DNA from: Candidatus Zambryskibacteria bacterium RIFCSPLOWO2_02_FULL_39_26
Lineage (GTDB): Bacteria > Patescibacteriota > Minisyncoccia > Phycocordibacterales > DATDWN01
Direction of reading: 5' to 3'
Assembly (NCBI GenBank): GCA_001825395.1
Contig: MHWN01000005.1
Span: 1-55,859, forward strand
Length of the DNA: 55,859 nucleotides
In this document: positions 1-9,336 of the stretch, piece by piece
Position numbering within the stretch: the stretch's first letter is position 1
Layout of the letters: each line of letters opens with the position of its first letter
Translations under genes and position numbers: made by a program
The notes under the pieces: generated by a model
The model's input: only the letters and a program-made list of their open reading frames with translations
What the model was told of the DNA's origin: nothing
Databases searched by the model: none

Positions 1-71
1 TACCGATTTTGAAAATAGGTTCGGATTTGGTACAATAGACACACCAAAATTTTTACAAAAAATTCTAATGG

Positions 72-425
72 TTGTATAATACTTTCATGGTCATTACTCG
101 TAAAAGCACATTTTTTCTTGGGATTTTTATTTTTCTCATCCCGTTTTTAGGTGTGCCGACTTCTTGGAAAACAGTTTTTGTGGTCCTATCGGGTCTTTTC
201 CTTATATTTTTGTCTATCAAGATTGTCTTACCGAAAAAAAATATAAAAATAGTAAAACGCAAAGACAAAACACCCACAGTTTTTACAGAAATTCCACAAG
301 CTTCATACGTACCGCCGACCCCGCCTCCTATACCAGACAGTGTCGTTCCTAACGCAGGAGCGTTTGTGGACATCCAACCGAAACCACGTCGAAAACCTGC
401 TCCAAAGAAAACAGAAATAGTATGA
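72..425 (+). CDS. small membrane protein with Pro/Lys-rich tail (hypothetical)
   Basis: 117-aa ORF. Two hydrophobic segments (FFLGIFIFLIPFLGV, VFVVLSGLFLIFLSI) followed by a PPTPPPIP...PKPRRKPAPKK tail. The stop overlaps the next ATG (ATGA at 422-425). TGGTACAAT extended -10 at 28-36. Confidence 0.45.
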   Translation: MYNTFMVITRKSTFFLGIFIFLIPFLGVPTSWKTVFVVLSGLFLIFLSIKIVLPKKNIKIVKRKDKTPTVFTEIPQASYVPPTPPPIPDSVVPNAGAFVDIQPKPRRKPAPKKTEIV

Positions 426-1672
426 GAGCTATTTTAGCGAAGAATAGACAGGCAGTATTGCTATCTGTCGTTTTACTTTTTTTCCTGGTCTTTTTTTTTA
501 TTTTATTACCCAAAGCATTAAGTGACCATTATGTTTTTAGTTTAGAAAATTCAACAAGTTCTCTTTCCGCTATAGCCCCAGAGAAAATTATTTTTACACC
601 TTCTTATGTTTCCACTCCCAAACCGGTCAAAGGCATTTATTTAACTAGCTGGACAGCTTCAAATGTCAAACTGCGGAATGATCTAGTCAAGCTCATAGAT
701 GACACAGAAATTAACGCAATTGTTATAGATATAAAAGACTATAGTGGGAAAATTGTCTTTCCGGTGGAAAATGCCGCTCTTAAACAATACGGTTCGGAAG
801 ATATCCGCAATCCCGATTTACGAGAATTTATTGAAAGTCTCCACAAAAAAAGTATTTACGTAATAGCTCGCATTGCCGTTTTTCAAGATGCATATTTCGT
901 AAAATTTCGTCCCGACCTTGCGGTCAAAAATTTGGCCGGAGAGGCAGTTTGGAAAGACTACAAGGGCATTTCTTGGATTGATCCGGGGTCACGAGAATAT
1001 TGGGATTACATAGTATTACTTTCCAAAGAAGCTCGCAAAATCGGTTTTGATGAAATTAATTTTGACTATATTCGTTTTCCGTCTGATGGAAATATGCAAG
1101 ATATTTCTTATCCATGGAGTTCAACCACGCCGAAAACTCTAGTAATGAAGAGTTTTTTCGCGTATCTTCGCGATAGCTTAATTCCCCTAGGCGACGCCTC
1201 GGGGGAAGAGAGGTTGAAAATTTCGGCAGATTTATTTGGCATGACTACTTCAGCTAAAGATGATATGGGTATCGGACAGTTATTGGAAAATACCTTCCCT
1301 TATTTTGATTATGTTTCTCCAATGGTCTATCCATCCCATTACTCGTCGAATTTTCAAGGTTTTCAGAATCCGGCCAAGTACCCGTATGAGGTTGTTCATT
1401 TTTCAATGATGTCAGCTGTGGATCGTGCCAGTAAAATGAATATGGTTACGACAACAACAGAAATAATAAACGACACAACCACTAAAGTTAGTCATATTGA
1501 GGATTTAAATTATAAAGAAAAACTCCGTCCATGGCTTCAGGATTTTAATTTGGGCGCGGATTATGGGTCGGCAGAAGTCCGGGCAGAAATAAAAGCCACT
1601 TATGACGCCGGCCTTGATTCCTGGATGCTATGGTCTGCATCAAATAAATACACCAGCGACGCTTTAGAGTAA
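422..1672 (+). CDS. membrane-anchored putative glycoside-hydrolase-like protein (COG1306/DUF4015-type)
   Basis: 416-aa ORF with an N-terminal TM anchor. The KGIYLTSWTA...INAIVIDIKDYSGKIVF...FDEINFDYIRFP pattern is recalled from the COG1306 family. The family call is from memory only. Confidence 0.5.
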   Translation: MRAILAKNRQAVLLSVVLLFFLVFFFILLPKALSDHYVFSLENSTSSLSAIAPEKIIFTPSYVSTPKPVKGIYLTSWTASNVKLRNDLVKLIDDTEINAIVIDIKDYSGKIVFPVENAALKQYGSEDIRNPDLREFIESLHKKSIYVIARIAVFQDAYFVKFRPDLAVKNLAGEAVWKDYKGISWIDPGSREYWDYIVLLSKEARKIGFDEINFDYIRFPSDGNMQDISYPWSSTTPKTLVMKSFFAYLRDSLIPLGDASGEERLKISADLFGMTTSAKDDMGIGQLLENTFPYFDYVSPMVYPSHYSSNFQGFQNPAKYPYEVVHFSMMSAVDRASKMNMVTTTTEIINDTTTKVSHIEDLNYKEKLRPWLQDFNLGADYGSAEVRAEIKATYDAGLDSWMLWSASNKYTSDALE

Positions 1673-1737
1673 AGCTTCCAAATCTGGTGAATTTTTCGTT
1701 GCCGATTGGAAAATGCTGACATAACGAAATTTTTTGT

Positions 1738-1781
1738 CACATACGTTAAAAATATGCTATAGCATATTTTTAACGTATGTG
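1738..1781. repeat. 44-bp perfect palindrome (22-nt arms, no loop)
   Basis: CACATACGTTAAAAATATGCTA|TAGCATATTTTTAACGTATGTG, checked base by base. No T-tract follows. Confidence 0.9.
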
Positions 1782-1935
1782 TAGCTTGAAAATACTTAAA
1801 CATTTAAACATTGAAAATTATTTAAAAATTATCATCCCTTTAGGAGATTTTCCATGGGGAGATAAATTAAAAATTGGAAATTAAGGTCAGAATTGGAAAA
1901 GCAAGTGCTGAAAATACTGCCACTATAAAAAATGA

Positions 1936-3717
1936 ATGATTTGTTATATAATCATGTCAATTATGGATCCCAATCTAGTTACATATTTTGCTGAAACGGA
2001 CGCCAGAAACAAGAAGATAATGTTTGGTATTAAGGCCAAAGACAGACTAAAACACGTTTATGTTATCGGAAAAACCGGAATGGGTAAGTCAACACTTCTG
2101 GAAAATATGGCCATCCAAGACATCCAGAACGGCAACGGCATAGCTTTTATTGACCCGCACGGAGGTTCGGCTGAAAGACTTTTAGACTATGTGCCGGAAA
2201 GTCGCATAAAAGATGTTTTGTATTTTGCTCCGTTTGATTTGGAACACCCGGTCTCCTTCAATGTTATGGAAGATATCGGTGTGGACAAGCGACACTTGGT
2301 GGTCAACGGCCTGATGTCCGCCTTTGAAAAAATTTGGGTTGATGCCTGGTCTGCCAGAATGGCCTATATTTTAAACAATACTCTTCTGGCTCTTCTTGAA
2401 TTTCCGGGAGCCACTCTTTTAGGTGTAAACAGGATGCTTTCTGATAAGGATTACCGAAAAAAAGTGGTGGACAATGTTAAAGATCCGTCAGTCCGATCTT
2501 TTTGGGTTGATGAGTTTGCAAAATACACAGAGCGTTTTGCTGCTGAAGCCACTCCGGCCATTCAAAACAAAGTCGGACAGTTTACCTCAAATCCATTGGT
2601 CAGAAACATCATCGGCCAGTCATTGTCCAGTTTTGATGTCAGAAAGTTCATGGATCAGAAAAAAATTCTAATTATTAACCTTTCCAAGGGCAAAGTTGGA
2701 GAAGGAAACGCCAATCTTCTTGGCTCTTTGCTTATCACCAAAATTTATCTGGCGGCTATGTCTCGAGCCGATGCCAGCGATTCCGAGCTTGCAAAATTGC
2801 CCAATTTTTATCTTTATGTGGATGAGTTCCAGTCTTTTGCCAATAAATCCTTCGCTGATATTTTGTCTGAAGCTAGAAAATATAAACTCAACCTGACTAT
2901 CGCCCACCAATACATTGAGCAGATGGAAGAAGAGGTCAGGGATGCGGTTTTTGGAAACGTCGGAACGATGGTTACATTTCGTGTCGGAGCTTTTGATGCC
3001 GAAGTTTTGGAGAAGGAATTTGCTCCGACTTTCACAGCGGAAGACTTGGTCAATCTTGGTTTTGCTCAAATTTATCTGAAACTGATGATAGACGGAGTTT
3101 CCAGCCAGCCCTTTTCTGCCACCACATTACCCCTTCTTTCGCCTCCGGATAAAAGTTTCAGGACGGAAGTCATAAAAAATTCGCGAGAGCAATTTGCCAA
3201 ACCTAGAGCAGTTGTTGAAAAAAATATCGTAGATTGGCACGCTCCCAACATCGTATTGAGAGAAGCCAGAATGGTTGGTGAAAAACCGGTAATGCAAAAT
3301 AGCAATTCTTCAAATTCATTTTCAAAATCTATAGAAACCCAAAAAGAACTGAATGACAATAAGACGGCCTTTCTAAGAGTGGCAGAGGAATTGAAACAGA
3401 AAGAAAGGATTAAAAAAGAAAAAGATAAGCAAAATGCGGATAGAAATGCTTTAATCGAGGCAGAAAGAAAAAAACAAGAATTGATGCGTTCAAGCAAAAA
3501 AAACCCTTCTCAAGAAAATATGTCAGGCCTAAAAAGCGCCTTAGCCGGAGTTTTAAATAAAAAGTCTGAAAAACCAGCTGAAATAAAAACAGAAAAAAAT
3601 ACATCTAGTATTTCGCCGGAACGAAGTGAAGGCAATAAATCATATAAGGCAACAGCTACGACTGAAGTGCCGGAGGATGTTTTGAGAAGTATCCTCAAAA
3701 TGGATGATCAAAAATAA
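1936..3717 (+). CDS. type IV coupling protein-like P-loop ATPase (TraD/VirD4/DUF87-like) with a K/E-rich disordered C-terminal tail
   Basis: Walker A GKTGMGKST, Walker B-like FYLYVDEFQSF, and a TIAHQYIEQ motif. The last ~170 aa are low complexity (KEKDKQNADRNALIEAERKKQE...). The start is uncertain (ATG at 1936, 1954 or 1963). A TATAAT at 1947-1952 favours a near-leaderless start at 1963. Confidence 0.6.
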   Translation: MICYIIMSIMDPNLVTYFAETDARNKKIMFGIKAKDRLKHVYVIGKTGMGKSTLLENMAIQDIQNGNGIAFIDPHGGSAERLLDYVPESRIKDVLYFAPFDLEHPVSFNVMEDIGVDKRHLVVNGLMSAFEKIWVDAWSARMAYILNNTLLALLEFPGATLLGVNRMLSDKDYRKKVVDNVKDPSVRSFWVDEFAKYTERFAAEATPAIQNKVGQFTSNPLVRNIIGQSLSSFDVRKFMDQKKILIINLSKGKVGEGNANLLGSLLITKIYLAAMSRADASDSELAKLPNFYLYVDEFQSFANKSFADILSEARKYKLNLTIAHQYIEQMEEEVRDAVFGNVGTMVTFRVGAFDAEVLEKEFAPTFTAEDLVNLGFAQIYLKLMIDGVSSQPFSATTLPLLSPPDKSFRTEVIKNSREQFAKPRAVVEKNIVDWHAPNIVLREARMVGEKPVMQNSNSSNSFSKSIETQKELNDNKTAFLRVAEELKQKERIKKEKDKQNADRNALIEAERKKQELMRSSKKNPSQENMSGLKSALAGVLNKKSEKPAEIKTEKNTSSISPERSEGNKSYKATATTEVPEDVLRSILKMDDQK

Positions 3718-3748
3718 ATTTTAAATTTAAAATTTTAAATTTAAAATT
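3717..3748. repeat. 32-bp A/T-only perfect palindrome carrying the recurrent motif ATTTAAAATTTTAAATTTAAAA
   Basis: Symmetric about 3732/3733. Lies directly after the stop at 3717. The same 22-mer occurs at 22600-22621 and a 17-mer at 45329-45345, each just after a + strand stop codon. Confidence 0.8.
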
Positions 3749-3771
3749 AAATTTCACTAATACTGTGACTC

Positions 3772-4959
3772 GTGATACAAACTAAAATGGCCACAAATAA
3801 TTCAAAACGACGAATTCTCATTTTCTCTACCGCATATTATCCGTTTGTTGGCGGGGCGGAAGTGGCCATAAAAGAAATAACAGATAGGTTGGGTAACGAC
3901 TTTGACTTTGATTTAATAACCGCGAGATTACAAAAAAACTCACCAGAATTTGAAAAAATTGGAAATGTAAATGTTTATAGAACAGGTGTTGGCAGAGTTG
4001 TTTTAGATAAGTTGATTTTACCTTTTGTCGGGGTTCGGCTTGTTTCAAAGCTCTACAAACAAAATAATTATTTTTGTTTTTGGGCCATGATGGTAACTTT
4101 TGGGAGTGGTGCAGGTTTTTTATATAACATCTTTCGAAAATTATCAGGAAGAAAAAAGATACCAATCATTTTGACTTTGCAAGAAGGGGATTCGGAAAGT
4201 CACCTTAAATACAAATGGGCAGGTCTTATCGCTCTGTCTTGGAAACTGGCCCTTTGGCAGACAGATTTTTTAACAGGTATTAGTAACTTTTTATTAAATA
4301 AGGCAAAGAGAAATGGTTATAAGAAGAAAGTTTTTTTGGTACCGAACGGCGTGGATGTTAGAATTTTTTCTCAAAAGATTGAGGACAAAACCAAAATAGA
4401 AATAAAAAAAAGTTTGGCCAAAAAAGAAGGTGATGTTTTTCTGGTAACATCGGGCCGTTTAGCCAGAAAGAATGCCATTGATGATATTATTTCGGCTCTG
4501 ACTCTTTTACCTGAAAATATTTCTCTTTTAATAATCGGCAAAGGAGATGAAGGGCCGAATTTACAAAAACAAGCCAAAGAACTTAAAGTTTCAGACAGAG
4601 TAAAATTTCTGGGCTTTCTGCCGTACAAAGATATTCCTAAATATCTTTCTGTTTGCGACATTTTTATAAGGCCAAGTCGGTCTGAAGGTTTTGGCAATTC
4701 GTTTATTGAGGCCATGGCCGCGGGTTTGCCGGTTATTGCCACTCCGGTTGGAGGTATTCCGGATTTTGTAGACGACAAAGAAACTGGTTTTTTTGCCTCG
4801 CCAGATAACCCCCAAAGTATTAAAGTGGCTGTTATGACCCTGCTAAACGACAAGACTTTAAGGGATAATATCGTCCAAAAGGCCCAAAATCGCGTATTAG
4901 GGGGCTATTCCTGGGATCGCATAGCAAATCAAATGGGAGCTGTTTTTGACCGAATTTAA
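3772..4959 (+). CDS. glycosyltransferase family 4
   Basis: E-x7-E motif SEGFGNSFIEAMAAGLPVIATPVGG. Typical GT-B length. Confidence 0.85.
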   Translation: MIQTKMATNNSKRRILIFSTAYYPFVGGAEVAIKEITDRLGNDFDFDLITARLQKNSPEFEKIGNVNVYRTGVGRVVLDKLILPFVGVRLVSKLYKQNNYFCFWAMMVTFGSGAGFLYNIFRKLSGRKKIPIILTLQEGDSESHLKYKWAGLIALSWKLALWQTDFLTGISNFLLNKAKRNGYKKKVFLVPNGVDVRIFSQKIEDKTKIEIKKSLAKKEGDVFLVTSGRLARKNAIDDIISALTLLPENISLLIIGKGDEGPNLQKQAKELKVSDRVKFLGFLPYKDIPKYLSVCDIFIRPSRSEGFGNSFIEAMAAGLPVIATPVGGIPDFVDDKETGFFASPDNPQSIKVAVMTLLNDKTLRDNIVQKAQNRVLGGYSWDRIANQMGAVFDRI

Positions 4960-4967
4960 GCAATAAT

Positions 4968-5978
4968 ATGGCTAAAATCCTTATTACAACAGGCATATAT
5001 CCGCCAAAAATTGGCGGACCAGCTCAATATGCAAAGAATCTCAAATTAGCTTTTGAAAGTCAGGGAAATACTATTGCAGTTAAAACCTACAATCTGGAGA
5101 ATTATTTACCTACCGGGTTCCGTCATGCTTATTTTTTTCTAAAAATTATTCCAAAAATTCTTTCCTCTGATTGGGTTCTAGCCCTAGATACGTTTTCTGT
5201 CGGCTTGCCGACCGTTTTGGCTTCAAAGATTTTTAGAAAAAAATGCCTTATACGAACGGGAGGAGATTTTCTTTGGGAACAATACGTGGAAAGAACCGGC
5301 AAAAAAATTATGTTTCGAAATTTCTATAAAGAAGAACTAGAACGTCTCTCAATCAAAGAAAAAATAATCTTTAACTTGACCCAATGGACACTCAACAAGG
5401 CGGACGGTATTGTTTTCTCAACTGACTGGCAGAGAGAAATTTTTATCTCGGCTTACAACTTGAAAGAAGACAAAACTTTTGTTGTGGAAAATTATTATGG
5501 TTCAAAAGAGGGAATTTTTGAGCCAAATTCAAAAGTTTTCGTGGCTTCAACTAGAATATTAAAATGGAAAAATCTTGATACCATAAAAAAAGTTTGGAAC
5601 AGAATTAAGACCTCTTATCCTGACGCTGAATTGTTTACCAAAAACCTGCCATACCCGAAATTTATGGAAAAAATAAAACACTCTTACGCCATAGTCCAAG
5701 TGTCATTGGGTGATATAAGCCCGAACATGATACTTGATGCCATTCGCTACAACAAACCATTTATTTGTACCAAGGAAATTGGAATTTATGACAGAATTAG
5801 AGATATTGGAATTTTTGTCAATCCACTAAACGAAGAAGAAATAGAAAATGCCATATTGAAACTTCTGGATCCAGAGGAATATAAACGAGTAATTGACAAG
5901 ATAAAACAGTTTAACTTTACTCATACTTGGCAGGAAATGGCTGGAAAATTTATAGATATTTATAAAAATCTTAAATAA
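4968..5978 (+). CDS. glycosyltransferase (divergent GT-B, GT1/GT4-like)
   Basis: N-terminus MAKILITTGIYPPKIGGPAQY is typical of GT-B enzymes. The C-terminal nucleotide-sugar motif is degenerate. Confidence 0.55.
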   Translation: MAKILITTGIYPPKIGGPAQYAKNLKLAFESQGNTIAVKTYNLENYLPTGFRHAYFFLKIIPKILSSDWVLALDTFSVGLPTVLASKIFRKKCLIRTGGDFLWEQYVERTGKKIMFRNFYKEELERLSIKEKIIFNLTQWTLNKADGIVFSTDWQREIFISAYNLKEDKTFVVENYYGSKEGIFEPNSKVFVASTRILKWKNLDTIKKVWNRIKTSYPDAELFTKNLPYPKFMEKIKHSYAIVQVSLGDISPNMILDAIRYNKPFICTKEIGIYDRIRDIGIFVNPLNEEEIENAILKLLDPEEYKRVIDKIKQFNFTHTWQEMAGKFIDIYKNLK

Positions 5979-5979
5979 C

Positions 5980-7137
5980 ATGAAAGTTTTATCCATAAGC
6001 ACAGATAGAAAATTATTTGAGGATGGAAGCACAGTACTTTCCAGATCTCTTGAATATGCTAAAAAGATGGACGAGTTACATATAGTCGTTTTCACGACAA
6101 GTCAAAAGTCTAAAGCCGAAAGTAAAAAAGTTGGAAGTAATTTATTTCTTTATCCCACTAACTCAATTAGTAAGTTGTTCTATATTTTTGATGCTATAAA
6201 GATCGGGAGCCAAATTATTGGAAATTGGAAATTGAAAATTGGAAATTTAAGTGATGCCGTTTTGTCTACTCAAGATCCCTTTGAGACAGGTTTTGTCGGG
6301 ACGAGACTAAAAAAAAGGTTTGGTCTGCCCCTTCAAATCCAAATTCATACCGATTTTTTCAGTTCACATTTTAAAAACTCAATTTTAAATCTTGCTCGCA
6401 TATTTTTGTCAAAAATTGTTATTGCAAAAGCAGATGGTATAAGAGTAGTAGCCGATTTTCTAAAGGAATCTCTAGTCAAACATTTTCCAAAAACAAAAAA
6501 CATAATAGAGATATTGCCCGTTTTTGTTGATATAGAAAAAATATCAAACACTTTGCCTAAAAGAGGTTTAAATCAGGAATTTCCCAAATTCAAATTTATT
6601 ATTCTGATGGCTTCCAGACTAGCAAAGGAGAAAAGAATAGATATTGCTCTAAAAGCTTTTAAAAATGTTTTAATAAAATTTCCTCATAGTGGTTTAGTGA
6701 TTGCTGGTTCTGGGGAACAGAAACGCGCTCTGGAAAATATGGTCATTAAGTTGAGGTTGGAGAACAATGTTGTTTTTGTTGGCTGGCAGAAGGATCTGGT
6801 GCCGCTCTATAAATCGGCCGACCTTTTTTTGGTTACTTCCGAATACGAAGGTTATGGAATGACCCTTATGGAAGCTGGAGCTAGCGGCTGTCCCATAGTT
6901 ACAACTTCTGTTGGCATTGCCAAGACCGGTCTTTTTATAAATGGCCAGAACTCCTTAGTCTGCAGGATTTGTGACACTGGATGCATATCGGCCGGTATTT
7001 TGGATATTATTTCCGATAATAGTAAAAGAGAGTTGTTTAAACATAAAATGCAGGATAGTATTAAAAGTATAGCGATATCAAAAGAAAAATACGCGGAAAA
7101 ATATGTTAGTTTGCTTAAAAAATTGCTAAATGATTGA
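5980..7137 (+). CDS. glycosyltransferase family 4
   Basis: SEYEGYGMTLMEAGASGCPIVTT (E-x7-E). Contains four in-frame tandem heptamers at 6221-6248. Confidence 0.85.
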   Translation: MKVLSISTDRKLFEDGSTVLSRSLEYAKKMDELHIVVFTTSQKSKAESKKVGSNLFLYPTNSISKLFYIFDAIKIGSQIIGNWKLKIGNLSDAVLSTQDPFETGFVGTRLKKRFGLPLQIQIHTDFFSSHFKNSILNLARIFLSKIVIAKADGIRVVADFLKESLVKHFPKTKNIIEILPVFVDIEKISNTLPKRGLNQEFPKFKFIILMASRLAKEKRIDIALKAFKNVLIKFPHSGLVIAGSGEQKRALENMVIKLRLENNVVFVGWQKDLVPLYKSADLFLVTSEYEGYGMTLMEAGASGCPIVTTSVGIAKTGLFINGQNSLVCRICDTGCISAGILDIISDNSKRELFKHKMQDSIKSIAISKEKYAEKYVSLLKKLLND

Positions 7138-7588
7138 AAAATTCATAAACTGGGGGTTTGAATTACTTCGCAAGCATGTTGTTCTACGCTATCTAATATC
7201 TGGTGGTTCTGCTGGAGTGACAGACTTAATCGTATTATATTTGTTGCACAATATTTTTGGTATCCACTATCTTCTTTCGGCTATCATCGCTTTTATTTTA
7301 GCTTTTATTGTTAGTTTTACTTTGCATAAATTCTGGACATTTAAAAGTCATGAACAACGGACGCACAAACAAGTGGTGATGTATCTTGGCACTTCGCTTT
7401 TGGGTCTTAGTCTCAACACTCTTCTCATGTACATTTTTGTTGACTTCATCCATGTTCAAGTTATTTTGTCTCAAATTATAGTTGGACTTCTTGTTGCCTG
7501 CTGTACTTTTTTCATTTCTCGGAATATAGTTTTCAAATATAATAAAGCCAAATATGAAAATTATAATAATTACCCAGAAAATAGATAA
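7130..7588 (+). CDS. GtrA family membrane protein (polyprenol-P-sugar translocation)
   Basis: 152 aa with four hydrophobic segments and the GtrA-like N-terminus LRYLISGGSAGVTDLIVLYLL. Overlaps the stop of the upstream gene. Confidence 0.75.
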   Translation: MIEKFINWGFELLRKHVVLRYLISGGSAGVTDLIVLYLLHNIFGIHYLLSAIIAFILAFIVSFTLHKFWTFKSHEQRTHKQVVMYLGTSLLGLSLNTLLMYIFVDFIHVQVILSQIIVGLLVACCTFFISRNIVFKYNKAKYENYNNYPENR

Positions 7589-8576
7589 AAATGACACTGT
7601 CCTTGGTTTTTTCCATACTTGGCTAACAGAGTTATCTACTAAGTTCGAATCTGTAGAAGTGATTTGTTTAGAAAAAGGAAAATTTGATTTACCCAAAAAT
7701 GTTACTGTTTATTCGCTTGGCAAGGAAAGAGGAGTTTCAAAAATTAGCTTTGTAAAAAACTTATATAAATATCTTTTTTTGATTAGCGGAACATATGACA
7801 GAGTCTTTGTGCATATGAACGAGGAGTACGTTTTGCTTGCTGGGCTATATTGGAAATTGAAAGGCATCCCCGTTTATCTCTGGAGAAATCATCCAAAAGG
7901 TAGCTTGAAGACAAGATTAGCTGTTGCTATGTCTACAAAAGTATTTTGCACATCAAAATCATCTTTTACTGCAAAGTTTTCTAAAACTGTTATTATGCCG
8001 GCTGGTATTAATACAAAGATTTTCAAACCAGTCCCAGGAGTAGTTCGTCAAAAATATTCCGTTTGTATGGTTGGCAGGATTTCTCCAGTAAAACGGATAG
8101 AAGTCGCACTTCATGCGATAAAGATTTTGAGTTCTCATGGAATACAAGTTTCTTTGAGCGTTATCGGTCCAGTCGTCACCAAAGACTTACAATATTTTGA
8201 AAATCTAAAAAAATATGTTTTGGATAATAATTTATCCAAAACTATTTCTTGGAAAGAGGCAGTGAGCCCAGAAAAACTTCCAGAAATTTATAGCGGTTAT
8301 GAAATTTGTTTAAATCTGACTCCCTCTGGTTCTTTCGATAAAACAATAGTTGAGGCAAGTGCTTGCGGGACAGTGCCTTTGGTCTCAAATTCTTCACTAT
8401 CGGATTTCTTGCCGACAATCTGCATTACTGGCACTTCACCGGATGAGGTAGCGGAATCTATCCAAAGACTGTTAAAGCCAAAGGAGCAAGTCAAAATCCA
8501 AGATGAACTTAAATCTTTTATTGAGTCGCAGAGCTTAAAAGAGCTAGTTGATAGACTTGTAGTGGAAATTAAATAG
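7554..8576 (+). CDS. glycosyltransferase (GT4-like)
   Basis: MKIIIITQKID... GT-B N-terminus. C-terminal PSGSFDKTIVEASACGTVPLVSN. Confidence 0.6.
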   Translation: MKIIIITQKIDKNDTVLGFFHTWLTELSTKFESVEVICLEKGKFDLPKNVTVYSLGKERGVSKISFVKNLYKYLFLISGTYDRVFVHMNEEYVLLAGLYWKLKGIPVYLWRNHPKGSLKTRLAVAMSTKVFCTSKSSFTAKFSKTVIMPAGINTKIFKPVPGVVRQKYSVCMVGRISPVKRIEVALHAIKILSSHGIQVSLSVIGPVVTKDLQYFENLKKYVLDNNLSKTISWKEAVSPEKLPEIYSGYEICLNLTPSGSFDKTIVEASACGTVPLVSNSSLSDFLPTICITGTSPDEVAESIQRLLKPKEQVKIQDELKSFIESQSLKELVDRLVVEIK

Positions 8577-8586
8577 TATTAATAAA

Positions 8587-9300
8587 ATGTATAAAAGCAA
8601 AAAAGTTAGTGTGGTTATCGGAACATATAATGAAGCAGGCTCAATTAGGTCTGTCATCCAAGGTTTTTTTGCTACCGGAGTGGTAGATGAAGTTGTAGTA
8701 GTTGATAACAACGCCCTCGGCAATACCAGAGAAGAAATTGAAAAAACTAAAGCCAAAAGGATAGTTGAGAAAAAGCAAGGCTACGGTTTTGCTTATATGC
8801 GGGGGCTGTCCGAGGTAACTGGAGATTTGATTGTTATGACAGAAGCAGACGGAACTTTTGAGCCAGAAGATATTCATAAGTTTCTTTTATATAGCGACGA
8901 CTTTTCGGTAGTTTTTGGCACGAGAACCTCACGAGCTATTATATGGTCAGATGCGTTTATGCCATTTCCTGTGCGTTTTGGAAATTGGGCTGTGGCCAAA
9001 TTTTTGGAAGTAATACATAACGGCCCGACTCTAACTGATGTAGGATGTACATATAAACTCATAAACAGAGAAGTTTTAGAAAAAATAAAACCGCTCTTTC
9101 ATTTATCAGAAGGTGGGGGGAAATGGTCTCCAGAACTTATGATTTGGACTATAAAAAAAGGATTTACTCCAATAGAAATTCCAGTAATGTTTAAACCTCG
9201 CGTTGGTTCATCAATGTATACCGGAAGTATTTGGAAAGCAGCCAAACTAGGATTTAAGATGCTCCCACTCATATTTAAATACAGATTTAAAAATTTATAA
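8587..9300 (+). CDS. glycosyltransferase family 2 (polyprenol-phosphate sugar synthase-like, GtrB/Dpm1-type)
   Basis: VSVVIGTYNEAGSI, VVVDNNALGNT and TEADGTF motifs. 237 aa and soluble-sized. Confidence 0.75.
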   Translation: MYKSKKVSVVIGTYNEAGSIRSVIQGFFATGVVDEVVVVDNNALGNTREEIEKTKAKRIVEKKQGYGFAYMRGLSEVTGDLIVMTEADGTFEPEDIHKFLLYSDDFSVVFGTRTSRAIIWSDAFMPFPVRFGNWAVAKFLEVIHNGPTLTDVGCTYKLINREVLEKIKPLFHLSEGGGKWSPELMIWTIKKGFTPIEIPVMFKPRVGSSMYTGSIWKAAKLGFKMLPLIFKYRFKNL

Positions 9301-9308
9301 AAAAACCA

Positions 9309-9332
9309 GCTCGCACCACTTGTGATGCGAGC
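9309..9332 (-). terminator. intrinsic terminator for the minus-strand DUF218 gene
   Basis: GCTCGCA/TGCGAGC stem. On the minus strand it is followed by TGGTTTTTTTATAAATTTTT. Confidence 0.7.
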
Positions 9333-9336
9333 CGTG

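Noticed and set aside
65-373. 102-aa minus-strand ORF
   Set aside because: It lies entirely inside the + strand ORF 72-425, which is translationally coupled (ATGA) to the next gene. The antisense product has no features.
2668-3698. Several 60-140-aa antisense or out-of-frame ORFs within the T4CP-like gene
   Set aside because: They are nested in a long ORF with Walker motifs. The 3' ones arise from the A/G-rich low-complexity tail read on the other strand (F/L/S-rich products).
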